64,000 bases of DNA from a virus. Its lineage: Duplodnaviria > Heunggongvirae > Uroviricota > Caudoviricetes. The stretch spans positions 131,454-195,453 of the IMG/VR virus record IMGVR_UViG_3300018080_000104. One strand, written 5' to 3'. Below are positions 9,909 through 19,728 of the stretch, piece after piece (the stretch's first letter is position 1; every line of letters begins with the position of its first letter). The position numbers and the translations under genes are program-made. Below the pieces are notes generated by a model. It did not search any database. It was given only the letters and a program-made list of their open reading frames with translations, and had not been told where the DNA came from.

Positions 9909-12281
9909 CTAAACTTCGGGCGAATCCAGGTCAATGTCGGCGCCTTCGCCGATATAGGGCTCGATTGCCTTTTGTTTCAGTTTGAGCGTCAGTTTGCCGA
10001 GGTTCTCGAATGAATTCCGCAATGCGTCTTCTAATTCCGGCAACTCGCCGGCGTCGAAACGGTCTTCGTAGTTGTCATGGTGCCAATAGAAATTGAATAG
10101 CAGCCGGCCGATCGAGTCGAGCCCCTTGACCAGATTAGGCAAATATTGGTCAATGAGCGTATCGTCGCGAGTGCCTTCAAGCAGATTGGATAGTACCGAA
10201 GTATCCAGGATTTCTTGCTGGCCAGATTGGGCCGCCTGCATGATCTGATTCATCATTTCGGGCTCTAGCGGCGCTGCGTAATCGGGTCTCCGGTTTGTCG
10301 TCTGCAGTCCCGGTATCGGTACTTCTTCTTCCAAATACGGCTGCAACGGTATCGAAGAGCCGAAAATGGTATCCTGAGCAGTCTGGTCCTGCCCCGGAAT
10401 TGTCGGCGCGTACGAACCTCCTTGCTGCAAAGCGTAAGGCACATTTTCTTGTCCGTATGGCTGTGCATACTTAATTCGATATGTTGCGCCTTTGTGCAAT
10501 TGTGATTCTGCCAAAATGTGCCGGGCTTGCTTTTCACGCAAACCGTAATCGCGTATCAGCGAAATCAATGCTGCGCGACTGGGCAATCGCGTGCCGTTAA
10601 GCCATGCTTCGCTGCCCGTGTTGATGACTTTCAGCTCGGCAGATGCTTTATAAATGCCAAGCTGCAAATCGATATGTGCGCCAGGTCGCAATGCTGGCGG
10701 ATCGCTGTTCTCTTCGTCGATGGGCCTAGGCGGCGGATACTCGTCGTTTTTCTTCGGCTTTCGCAGCCGCACCATTTTGGTGCCGGGCGGCACAAATAGT
10801 GTCTTCAGCCGATTGATGAATTTTGGACCCTTGATGCGATTTAGCGAAATCAGGTTGCAACAACTGTCGCTTTCGTAATCGTAAAATGATTCACGATTAG
10901 CTATCGGCGGCAAATAGTCAGGACGGTTATCGCCGTAACCGCCTTTCCACCATATCCGGTAACACTTCTCTTCGCCTTCTGCCGGCATGGTCTCCTTGAC
11001 TTCGAACGGGCACGTACCTTCGCCGCGCGGAGTTAGCAGAACATAAACGCTGCCTTGCTCTAGGCTATTGGCTTCGGGCAATCCTTCCCAGTAGTCCGCA
11101 TATTCTGCATCTGCCAGCTTATCCACGGCAAACACGTTGGCTGGATGCGTTTGCGTGTAAGCTTTATTGTCCTTATCGCCAATACGGACAAGCACGCAGC
11201 CAGGCTTTCTTCCGCGATCTCCTTGCGGAGTAGCAATGAACAAACATCTGTCGAATGAATCCGGCTTGGTCAGCACCTCGTAGATACCCGTAGCGTCAGG
11301 GTTTTGCATCGCCAGCGGCGGCTGGACGTTGAGTACCTGCGACGTGTTCTTCTCTTCGCGCATGTCGCGGATATAAACACCATCGCGTTTCAGCTCTGCC
11401 GCCTGCTTATCGGTCAGTTCTGCAGGTCGTTCACCGTCATAGATGTAGATTTGCAGATCGTCGTTCGGGTGATACGGCTTCTCGTCTTGCCAAATACTGC
11501 CACGGATGACCTTGGCCTGCTTTTGGCGGCGCAATTCGATCGGCTGGGCAGAGGCAATTGTGCGAGCGGTAGCAATCGCTGTTTTCAGCATTTCGGTGCC
11601 ATAGCACTGCGCAAATTTTTCAGCCAGTTTGGGTCTTGCATCGATCATCTGCAGTATGCGATGGGCCGCCCAAGCACTTGATTTGACAAGTTCGGGTATT
11701 GTCGGTTTAACTGGGACGTACCTGCCTTTAGCGTACACGAGTCCCGGCAATCCGGCTTGGAGCCATTCTGGCTGTGCCGAAGCATATTTGCCGGGAGAGT
11801 CACGGAAATCTTGCATTGCCGGCCGTGTGGCGCCTAGCGTATTCAGACTATCGCCGGTAATATCGCCAAGAACTACAGGCTTGCGGTTGAGAACGTAGTT
11901 AATCCACCCTTCTTCCATCGGCACGAACGTGTCGCTCTCCTTCAACCAGAGTAGTTCGTGTCCTTTGAGTTCTCCATTGATAAAGAAGACCGGGGCATAC
12001 ATCATCTGCGGACCGATTTTGAAGCCGAACACACCGACGGCTTTGTCGTTGTCCTCGTTTTTCTCGAGCAGCTGGAATCCGAGCTCATACGGAATCAGCT
12101 GCGGCGCACGTTCACGGAGAAACGAATGTGCCAGATTCGATAACGCCATTTCGAATGGTACATTTTCCGCTGCTATAGCGGCTCGCTTGATGAACGCAGA
12201 CCGCTTGCATTGCTGTGCAAGCTTTGTCCAGTGGGCGATTTCGGCACTGACCTGCCTAGACGGAGCAAGAGATGTGCTCAT
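9909..12281 (-). CDS. Large hypothetical protein, 790 aa. Possibly a virion or portal-region protein.
   Basis: Long ORF. SD AAGGAAGttgaataATG. Sits between the RNAP and head genes. No recognised motifs. Confidence 0.5.
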   Translation of the reverse strand: MSTSLAPSRQVSAEIAHWTKLAQQCKRSAFIKRAAIAAENVPFEMALSNLAHSFLRERAPQLIPYELGFQLLEKNEDNDKAVGVFGFKIGPQMMYAPVFFINGELKGHELLWLKESDTFVPMEEGWINYVLNRKPVVLGDITGDSLNTLGATRPAMQDFRDSPGKYASAQPEWLQAGLPGLVYAKGRYVPVKPTIPELVKSSAWAAHRILQMIDARPKLAEKFAQCYGTEMLKTAIATARTIASAQPIELRRQKQAKVIRGSIWQDEKPYHPNDDLQIYIYDGERPAELTDKQAAELKRDGVYIRDMREEKNTSQVLNVQPPLAMQNPDATGIYEVLTKPDSFDRCLFIATPQGDRGRKPGCVLVRIGDKDNKAYTQTHPANVFAVDKLADAEYADYWEGLPEANSLEQGSVYVLLTPRGEGTCPFEVKETMPAEGEEKCYRIWWKGGYGDNRPDYLPPIANRESFYDYESDSCCNLISLNRIKGPKFINRLKTLFVPPGTKMVRLRKPKKNDEYPPPRPIDEENSDPPALRPGAHIDLQLGIYKASAELKVINTGSEAWLNGTRLPSRAALISLIRDYGLREKQARHILAESQLHKGATYRIKYAQPYGQENVPYALQQGGSYAPTIPGQDQTAQDTIFGSSIPLQPYLEEEVPIPGLQTTNRRPDYAAPLEPEMMNQIMQAAQSGQQEILDTSVLSNLLEGTRDDTLIDQYLPNLVKGLDSIGRLLFNFYWHHDNYEDRFDAGELPELEDALRNSFENLGKLTLKLKQKAIEPYIGEGADIDLDSPEV

Positions 12282-12399
12282 TATTCAACTTCCTTGTTTG
12301 TGCGTGCATCTTCCGTAACGCATTGCCGCTGGCAGAGCTGGCCTGTCTGGCAGCGGAGTATGCCTAATATCTTAACGTATACTTATCGGGCCTCCAAGC

Positions 12400-14274
12400 C
12401 TAACCCCCGGTGGGCTTTAACACATTTTGCGGCCATTCCGTGCCAAATGTTTTCCCGGCAACCAGCGCCGGAACAAACGACGTCGACGCCGTATCGGACA
12501 CGCCGCCGCTGTATACGGCACCCAATAAACTGCGTTTTTGGCCCGAACCAATAAACCGCGTTAGCCAATCGGGGTCATGGCTCACTGTTTCCATAGCCCG
12601 AACCATCTTTGGCTCGAATGGGGGTTTCTCTGCGTGGACGTCCAACGTCTTGACGCCGAAATTGTCAAGATCCGCCAACATTGACGGCTTAACCTGTGTA
12701 CCTATCGTATAGTGCAACACCGGCCGCTCAAGGTATTTACCCACCGCTTGCTTGGGTGATGCTGATATCGTCCCGTCCCGGGGCACCCAATCACGTTCGA
12801 GCCGACTGTAGGACACTAGATCGCCGGGCAAATTGTCGTCGGTTTCATCGAGAATCTCGACGTTGTCGATCAGTCCCCTTGCAATCAATTCGACGTTTCG
12901 CCTGTTGACCCCCATGCCAGCATCCCTGTAGGCTTGCGTGAACGCTTGCACGAAGTACCGCCTACCTTCGCCGATGCCTTTGTATTTGACGATTTCTGCC
13001 GGATTGGGAATGCCGTCCGAGAGGACATCGCCTGCTTCCACCGTATCGCCCTTTTTGACTGTGACATCAAATCCAGGCGACACGTAGTGACGTTCTTCGT
13101 TGACCCATACATATTTGCCTCCGGCCGGTGCGTCATCCATCTTGGTTATGTGACCATCTATTTTGGCGTGTGAAGCGCCCGCCTTAAACGTTTTCGGTAC
13201 CTGTATCAGTTGGTTCAATCCCTGAAAACCCGACACGGATTTTGCTTCACCCTTAACACCGCCAGAATGTTTGGCCGACAACTGCCCCTGTGTGAGTTTT
13301 TCGCCCAGCGCCTGGGCTGCGCCCAATCCTACAGCATCGCCAAGATTCGGCAACGTGCCTCGTTCACGAATGCCGACATCCCGCGCATACACACCGCCGC
13401 CATCAGGGCCTCCGACAATCGGAGAACGGACAAGTAATCGCTTAAAGCCGCGGTTATCAAGATCGGCAAGAATCTTCGGTGTCAGAATAGTATTACGATC
13501 GTAGCCACCGATCGGCGACGCCAGCAGTGCGCCTACATTATCAGTATCATCCGTTGCAACCGGCAGCCCAGCTACGCGCGTCTTGTCCGTTTTGTCGTCG
13601 TCTTCAGCCGTAACAAGCAGACGATGGGCAAGCTGATTAAGCTGTTTTGAAAAAAAGCCGCTATCGGCAGTAGAGAATTTTGTAGCGATAAGACCTTTCC
13701 GGGCGCCAAACGTGCCTGCCCAGTACTCGGCAGGGCTTAGCCCTTCGGAATAGCTCTTCTGGACTGGAAACGGAATGATATTATCGTGGTGATCCATGTA
13801 CAGCATATCGCCGCCGATCAGCCTATTCAAATACATAGGACTGCCTCTGGCGCCGGACTGTACTTGCATGGCCAGCGGATTGGACATTTCCGAAGTCTCT
13901 TCGATGACTTCCTTCTTCAGCCGTGCATGCTCTGCATCGGTCGCCTCGATGATTTTCTCAGCTTGATAATCCTGTGGCCAGTTCTTTGCCATTATGTCCT
14001 GCAAACGGCGTCGCAGCCTAATTCGCGATGCCAATACCGCTGGCGGCGGTTGCAAATGCTCTAAGCCAAAAGAATTACCGCCCGTGCTATATGCAACATC
14101 GCGACCAACATCACTCAGATATTTGGCAATTTCGCTGTATTTGTCCGGATGCTTCTCCGCCACTTCTGCCAACAACGCATTGATACCCTTACGATCGAGC
14201 GAACGATTATAGTTCCGCATATCGTTCGGCAGGCCGCTATTGATCAAAATTTGTCCGACAGTCGTCTTAAGCAT
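12400..14274 (-). CDS. RNA polymerase beta' subunit, C-terminal half (trigger-loop region through the C-terminus).
   Basis: GQILINSGLP resembles beta' region F. GARKGLIATKFSTADSGFFSKQL resembles beta' region G ([23 protein letters not shown]). C-terminal GDTVEAGDVL block present. Confidence 0.8.
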   Translation of the reverse strand: MLKTTVGQILINSGLPNDMRNYNRSLDRKGINALLAEVAEKHPDKYSEIAKYLSDVGRDVAYSTGGNSFGLEHLQPPPAVLASRIRLRRRLQDIMAKNWPQDYQAEKIIEATDAEHARLKKEVIEETSEMSNPLAMQVQSGARGSPMYLNRLIGGDMLYMDHHDNIIPFPVQKSYSEGLSPAEYWAGTFGARKGLIATKFSTADSGFFSKQLNQLAHRLLVTAEDDDKTDKTRVAGLPVATDDTDNVGALLASPIGGYDRNTILTPKILADLDNRGFKRLLVRSPIVGGPDGGGVYARDVGIRERGTLPNLGDAVGLGAAQALGEKLTQGQLSAKHSGGVKGEAKSVSGFQGLNQLIQVPKTFKAGASHAKIDGHITKMDDAPAGGKYVWVNEERHYVSPGFDVTVKKGDTVEAGDVLSDGIPNPAEIVKYKGIGEGRRYFVQAFTQAYRDAGMGVNRRNVELIARGLIDNVEILDETDDNLPGDLVSYSRLERDWVPRDGTISASPKQAVGKYLERPVLHYTIGTQVKPSMLADLDNFGVKTLDVHAEKPPFEPKMVRAMETVSHDPDWLTRFIGSGQKRSLLGAVYSGGVSDTASTSFVPALVAGKTFGTEWPQNVLKPTGG

Positions 14275-14542
14275 CTGGTCGCATGTCTCCGGGTTTCCAC
14301 AGTTTACCTGGCGGTTGTGGTAATTGCTTCTTGTCGATGCGATCGATGATCGTAGTGCCTTTCACGCCCATTGCCTGCAGAGCATTCTCGAATCCTTCTT
14401 CGCCTGCATGCATAATAAAGATGTGCGACGGAGTCTGCTGCATTGCAACAGCGATTGGCGTTTCGTTACTGTCGTATATGACTAATCGGGTACATTCGAT
14501 ATTGTGCAATGCGCCCAATTGATTGTGTGTTTCAATGCGCAT
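14267..14542 (-). CDS. Hypothetical small protein, 91 aa, lying between the RNAP genes.
   Basis: ORF overlaps the flanking genes by a few nt at each end. No SD. Confidence 0.4.
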   Translation of the reverse strand: MRIETHNQLGALHNIECTRLVIYDSNETPIAVAMQQTPSHIFIMHAGEEGFENALQAMGVKGTTIIDRIDKKQLPQPPGKLWKPGDMRPDA

Positions 14543-15296
14543 TACTGTTCAGGCTGCGTGCCAGCGCGGCCAGCACGTCGAGATTCTTGCTTTGTTTCTG
14601 AAATGTTGCAGCACTGATAGGCTGTCCAACATCGTTCGCGCCGAGAATATTAGCGGCAGTCTTTGCCGGTTCTATGGGAGAAATTGGAGTTTGCCCTGCA
14701 ATACCGGGCAATGCAGCCGACGCTGCAGCGTCAGCTGGAGCGCTTGCCGCAGCATCTGTAGGCTGGCTTTGAGGCTGACTGCCCATAAGCGCCTGCGCTG
14801 TCGTCTGATCTTCGAGAATGTCATCAGGCAACGGCATGCCGGTTTGTTGGTACAAATTAGTAATGAGCTTGCGGATACGGCTTAACTCCATGTACATAAA
14901 TGCCGGATCGATCTTTTTCGTGCCGCCCCCGGGGCCTGCCGGCGCAGCCGCGCCTTGATTCGCCACAGCCGTTTGTACGGCCTGATCTATGGCCATCTGT
15001 ATTTCGGGAGGCATTGCCCCTGCCCCGCCGCCTGGCGGCATTCCTCCTGCCATTGGATCCATCGCTGATTCTGCACCACCGCCTGCCATCGGATCAACCG
15101 GCGGCGCTCCACCTGCTGCCATCGGATCCATTGGCGGCGCTGCAGCTCCCGCTGCCATCGGATCCATCGGTGGCGCTCCGCCCGCTGCCGGATCCCCCGG
15201 CGGCGCAAAAGCGACTTTTTGCCGGGCCGTCTCATTGTCGAGTCTCCAGGTCGCCATTTCGAGCAGCTGTGGATAAATCTGGTATTGCTGTGACAT
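14532..15296 (-). CDS. Low-complexity Pro/Ala/Gly/Met protein with four PPMDPMAAG repeats.
   Basis: 254 aa. AAGGA upstream. Repeats are visible in both DNA and protein. Confidence 0.5.
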   Translation of the reverse strand: MSQQYQIYPQLLEMATWRLDNETARQKVAFAPPGDPAAGGAPPMDPMAAGAAAPPMDPMAAGGAPPVDPMAGGGAESAMDPMAGGMPPGGGAGAMPPEIQMAIDQAVQTAVANQGAAAPAGPGGGTKKIDPAFMYMELSRIRKLITNLYQQTGMPLPDDILEDQTTAQALMGSQPQSQPTDAAASAPADAAASAALPGIAGQTPISPIEPAKTAANILGANDVGQPISAATFQKQSKNLDVLAALARSLNSNAH

Positions 15297-15351
15297 GTCC
15301 GAAGTCCTTTATTTGAGACGTGATTGCCATTTTGATAGCTTAGCTGTCTTT

Positions 15352-18300
15352 TTACGATTCCACAATCTCAACATGCTGTCCGACGCCTATTTCGCCGCGT
15401 CTGTAAGCATTGATAGCGTCCTGTTGTGTTCTGAACGTCCGAGTCGGTTTACCGTAATCTCGCTTGGCCGATGCTGCATAGATGCCGCCGACGTACTCGT
15501 TTGTCGGGGCATGTATTGGTTTGAATTCGCTGAGCGATAACAGGTTTTGCGACGGCATTAGCTTTGTTTTGGCCTCTTCGACGGCTTCATCGGAGCTGGG
15601 TACGTGAAACTGCATGGTATCGCCGTCAAAGTCGGCCCCGAAACCGCCCGTAATGAGTGGAGGAATTTCGAGCACTTGTGAAGACGTCAGTTGCGGCCAC
15701 GCTGCCAGTATACCGAATTTATGCAGTACCGGCGCCCGGGTAATTATCACCGGACGGGATGCCATTTCGGCCAGCAGCTCTCTTTTTGTCCTGTCAGTGC
15801 GGTCCTCGACTGCTCGGAGAGCCTGCAGCTTTGGCATACCTTTGCGAACCAGTCGCCGCACAAGAAACGGCTTGTATAGCGTCCATGCTTGTTTTTCCGG
15901 CAAGCCTACATGGTCCATATCGAGGTTCGGATCAGGCGAAATGGCCCCACGGCCGACCAAATCTACTGTCGACCCAAGCAATTTCCGCTGTACCATGCCA
16001 TGTTTGGGGCTCGATGCGAAAATTTGCTTCAAAATTCCCTTTACGTTGCATTCTCTGTTTTTTGGCGTGATCGGATTTCCCAGCCCCGTCACTGCTCGAA
16101 ATGCCTTATACAGTGCTAACCGCTCATCCGTAACGTCGTCGACTACCTCTTCCATGCTTTTCAGCGCCTTATTGGCGTCAAATAACTCTTTGTAGAGGTA
16201 GTTTGCGTCCGAAACCAGCGGTGTGCCGCTTTGCTGCATGACAGAAATGGGCCGAAAAATCGGCGGAAGCACTGGAACACGGCTCAAAAACCACTCTTTT
16301 GGGTGCTGTCCAAGCTTTTTAGCGCCTTGCAGGTACCGTAACCGCCGAATGGCCATGTCGCGGGCAGTTTTTCGGCCTAATTGCGCCTGATTTCTCGCTT
16401 GTTCGATCTCTTTATCGAGATTCATGCGGTCTAACGCGTTAAATAAGGCTTGCGGGCCCGTATTTTGTGTCTTATCCGCTGCCGGATCGTTGCCATACTG
16501 CTCTTTGCCGGCCAAAATAGCCTCATATTTGGCTTTGGTCAGCCCGAGAAGGTATCGAATCGGGTCTTCCATGACAGGATTTGGCATTTTTTCGTGGAGT
16601 TTGATGTAACTCCACCGTTTTCCGCCGTGCCCGCCAGTCATCGCTTCGTCAAAAAGCCCGCCACGGATCGGTGACAAGCGATCGACGCGCCAATCGACCG
16701 TATCTGCGTTCTTTAATTCCCTGTCGCCCGTCAGCGTCTTTGCATCTTTTTCCGTCATGGCCATAATGTTCAGCTTTGTGCCCTCTTTTACCGGATTTAT
16801 TCCGGCCGCACGCAGCGATTCAACAAATTTGGTGTAGACGAACGGTACTTCTGGCACCGGCGGCGAATATCCGCTCATGACTTGGCGCCAATAATCCGTA
16901 TTTTGTTGGCCGCGGATTAAACTAGAGTCGCGAATTGTGTTATAGGCCCCATGCGATAGTAGTGCATTCAGCTCAAGCATACCTACCCGCTTTGAACCTG
17001 TCGCGCCGCCCTTTGCCGGCGCGCCTTCGCTGGTATATGCGCCCGTTGCGCGGCCTTGGCTCTTCGCTTCTGCAGTGTGATGCAATTTCATCAGAAAGCG
17101 ATTGCCGGTTTGAATATTCTCGATGTTGCGCCCTGTATCTGGATCTTTGATAGTTTCAGTTGACGTCAAACCGTGTTTTTTCAATTCGGCCATCACCCAT
17201 TTACTTAGGCTTTGTTCCGTATCGAAATCCGGAAGCTTATAAGGCTGCCCCGTCTTCTCGACAATCTTTCCGAGCGCCGATTCGAGAATCTGTGCCGGAT
17301 TTCCTCGCGAAATGATGCCGAGCGGATTCAGCAGGACTTCGAATGGCCTGCCTTGTTGGTCTTGCGGCATGCGATTATCGGGAACAATTTTGGCTACGAT
17401 TCCTTTATCGCCCATGCGGCCGCTCATTTTATCTCCGACTTCCATCGGCTGCGCAGCTTTTACGATAACGTTGACGCCATTTTTTCCTTTGTACACATCT
17501 GTCACAGTGCCGTCAGCATGATGATCCCAAGTGACAGAAGCGTCAGCGTACGCGCGTTGTCGCCGGCCGATTTTCGGCCCTGTCCGACGTTCTCTTATCG
17601 CAAGGATCAACGGGTCATCGGCATGCACTGTCTCGCCGACCTTGATTACACCGTCGCTGTCGTACTTCTGGAGCAAATCCTTCGGATACTTGGCTGGAAA
17701 ACTGGCTATGAATGCGTTCTTACTGACTTTGGTCGCGTCGTCGAACTCCAGATTATTCTGATACATATGCTCGCTAGTTGCGCGCTTTGCAAAAGACTCG
17801 GAAACAACTATTGCGTCTTCGTAGTTGTATCCCTTGTACGGAATATAAGCCACTCGGGCATTCTTTCCGAGTGCTGTTGTACCTTGTTTATCTGTGAAGT
17901 TCGATGTTGCGAGTAATTGTCCGGGCTTAACTCTGTCACCAACGGCCACAACGGGTGTATTGTGCAAAAACGTTTTTCTGTTGTACGGCAACTGCTCGTA
18001 GATCTCGATATTATGCACTTTGCGATCTGTTCCACGGACCTTGATGTTCGATCCGGTAATATCGATGACCGTGCCTGCTACTTGACTGCGAACGGCACCC
18101 ATTTGTTCGCCGTACTTATCCTCGAACGATCTGTTTTCGCCAGGAATGCCGGCTTGTACAAACGGCGCTTCAGGATCTACTAGCGGCAGTGCCTGCGTCG
18201 CCATGCGGGATGCCATGGCTACTCGTTGCGGAAATGCGGCAGCTTTTAGCGGCACCAAATTAGCGAGCGGACCAAAAGCTTCTGTCATGTGTTTCAGCTG

Positions 18301-19728
18301 ATAATCAACTTTGTCTCGCGGAGCCATGACATGCTTTCCGCGTGAAATTGCACGTATGTTTGCCCGCCCGCTTTCCAGTTCGCCGGGAAATGCAACGGTA
18401 CTTTCTGCAAGTTGTTGTGGGGATCGCCAGACAGTTTTGCCGGTTCGCGGTTCTATATATTGTGCATATAGTGTGCCGTCTTTACCGTATCGTGTATTGA
18501 TAGCTACGCGGCCATCCACGCCAATGCGTGCGCTTTCCGGTGAATGCACAGGATCGATAAAGCCGAGGTGCGATGGCTGTACCGATCTGGCTTCGTCGGG
18601 AACAGCGTCCTGGGACGGAATCCCGCCTTCGCCCATCCGTGTGATACGATGTTGCTGATCGTACAATTCTGCCGGATTGATCTCTTCGAGTGCTCCTGCT
18701 AGTCCCGTGTCGAGCAATGCGCCTCGCATGCTTTTTTCGAATATGCTTGGCTGCATCCGCTGTAGAGATCCCGATACGGCTGCTTTCCAAAACATTCGGC
18801 GAACGTCTCCACTGCCCTTCCGGATGCGTTCTGCAAAAATATCTTCGGGGCCGAGTGTTCGCTGGAACATCAACGCGTCGCGATCGTCTGGAACGTCTTC
18901 ACCGCGATACACCCGCAGTAACTTAGCCGTAGCGGCCAGCATCGTGTCCAAGTCAACTTTATCGTACGGCTTACCTAACGTCCGTTTGGTCACTTCCGGA
19001 TCCAGCGTCATTTGCTGAAAAGCTTCTCGAAGTGCTTCTTCCTGTGTTCCAGCCGGCTTTTTATCCCGATAGAATTTGGCATACAGCTTTTTCAGGACTG
19101 CTGGGTTGTCCTTGCGCATATTGGCAGCAAATAATTCATTGCCCCAGGCCTCACGCAACTGTGTATCCGTAGCGCCCATCATTTTCATTGCGCTGATCAG
19201 CGGCAGTTTCGCCTGTGCGATAGCCAACCTAAATATGCCTGTCTCGGGATCTAATAGGTATCGATGCGCCCGCCCCTTAGCCACGTTGATGTGCGATTCC
19301 AGCTCTCCAGACTCCTTTTCGCGGGTGAAAATGCCCGGACGCAGCCGCATTTGCCGGGACATGCCGTAGTCGCTGCCGCGAAAAATAAACGTTCCGCGGG
19401 GAGTCATCCACGGTACAGTGGCTAGCGTTGCCCGCCGCGTATCGACTGGCGCATTTGTGGCTGTATCCAGCAGCTGCCATGTTCCTCGTAATCGGCGGCC
19501 AAGCGTTTTACCAGCTAACAGCGCTTCCTTTTCGTCTGCCCTTGTATACGATTCAGGGCCCTCATAGCCCACGTCTTTCAGCGCTAGTGTATATCGCTGG
19601 CCCACAATAGGCTCGAAGCGGTTGGCTGCATCCAATACGCTGGAGAATATGGCATCCCTAGTGACAGCCGGATTTCCAAATTCTCGCGCATCCGGCATGC
19701 CATCAAGCTGCATAAGAGGGATTGTCAT
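15352..19728 (-). CDS. RNA polymerase beta subunit fused in frame to the N-terminal half of beta' (includes the ADFDGD catalytic loop).
   Basis: Beta blocks: SHLGFIDPVHSPESARIG, NYEDAIVVSESFAKR, GSKRVGMLELNALLSHGAY. Beta' blocks: VPVLPPIFRPI, LLGSTVDLVGRGAISPDPNLDMDHVGLP, TRAPVLHKFGILAAWPQL...GGFGADFDGDTMQFHVP. Start chosen at ATG 19728 (MTIPLMQL); the track ORF extends to 19800. Confidence 0.85.
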   Translation of the reverse strand: MTIPLMQLDGMPDAREFGNPAVTRDAIFSSVLDAANRFEPIVGQRYTLALKDVGYEGPESYTRADEKEALLAGKTLGRRLRGTWQLLDTATNAPVDTRRATLATVPWMTPRGTFIFRGSDYGMSRQMRLRPGIFTREKESGELESHINVAKGRAHRYLLDPETGIFRLAIAQAKLPLISAMKMMGATDTQLREAWGNELFAANMRKDNPAVLKKLYAKFYRDKKPAGTQEEALREAFQQMTLDPEVTKRTLGKPYDKVDLDTMLAATAKLLRVYRGEDVPDDRDALMFQRTLGPEDIFAERIRKGSGDVRRMFWKAAVSGSLQRMQPSIFEKSMRGALLDTGLAGALEEINPAELYDQQHRITRMGEGGIPSQDAVPDEARSVQPSHLGFIDPVHSPESARIGVDGRVAINTRYGKDGTLYAQYIEPRTGKTVWRSPQQLAESTVAFPGELESGRANIRAISRGKHVMAPRDKVDYQLKHMTEAFGPLANLVPLKAAAFPQRVAMASRMATQALPLVDPEAPFVQAGIPGENRSFEDKYGEQMGAVRSQVAGTVIDITGSNIKVRGTDRKVHNIEIYEQLPYNRKTFLHNTPVVAVGDRVKPGQLLATSNFTDKQGTTALGKNARVAYIPYKGYNYEDAIVVSESFAKRATSEHMYQNNLEFDDATKVSKNAFIASFPAKYPKDLLQKYDSDGVIKVGETVHADDPLILAIRERRTGPKIGRRQRAYADASVTWDHHADGTVTDVYKGKNGVNVIVKAAQPMEVGDKMSGRMGDKGIVAKIVPDNRMPQDQQGRPFEVLLNPLGIISRGNPAQILESALGKIVEKTGQPYKLPDFDTEQSLSKWVMAELKKHGLTSTETIKDPDTGRNIENIQTGNRFLMKLHHTAEAKSQGRATGAYTSEGAPAKGGATGSKRVGMLELNALLSHGAYNTIRDSSLIRGQQNTDYWRQVMSGYSPPVPEVPFVYTKFVESLRAAGINPVKEGTKLNIMAMTEKDAKTLTGDRELKNADTVDWRVDRLSPIRGGLFDEAMTGGHGGKRWSYIKLHEKMPNPVMEDPIRYLLGLTKAKYEAILAGKEQYGNDPAADKTQNTGPQALFNALDRMNLDKEIEQARNQAQLGRKTARDMAIRRLRYLQGAKKLGQHPKEWFLSRVPVLPPIFRPISVMQQSGTPLVSDANYLYKELFDANKALKSMEEVVDDVTDERLALYKAFRAVTGLGNPITPKNRECNVKGILKQIFASSPKHGMVQRKLLGSTVDLVGRGAISPDPNLDMDHVGLPEKQAWTLYKPFLVRRLVRKGMPKLQALRAVEDRTDRTKRELLAEMASRPVIITRAPVLHKFGILAAWPQLTSSQVLEIPPLITGGFGADFDGDTMQFHVPSSDEAVEEAKTKLMPSQNLLSLSEFKPIHAPTNEYVGGIYAASAKRDYGKPTRTFRTQQDAINAYRRGEIGVGQHVEIVES

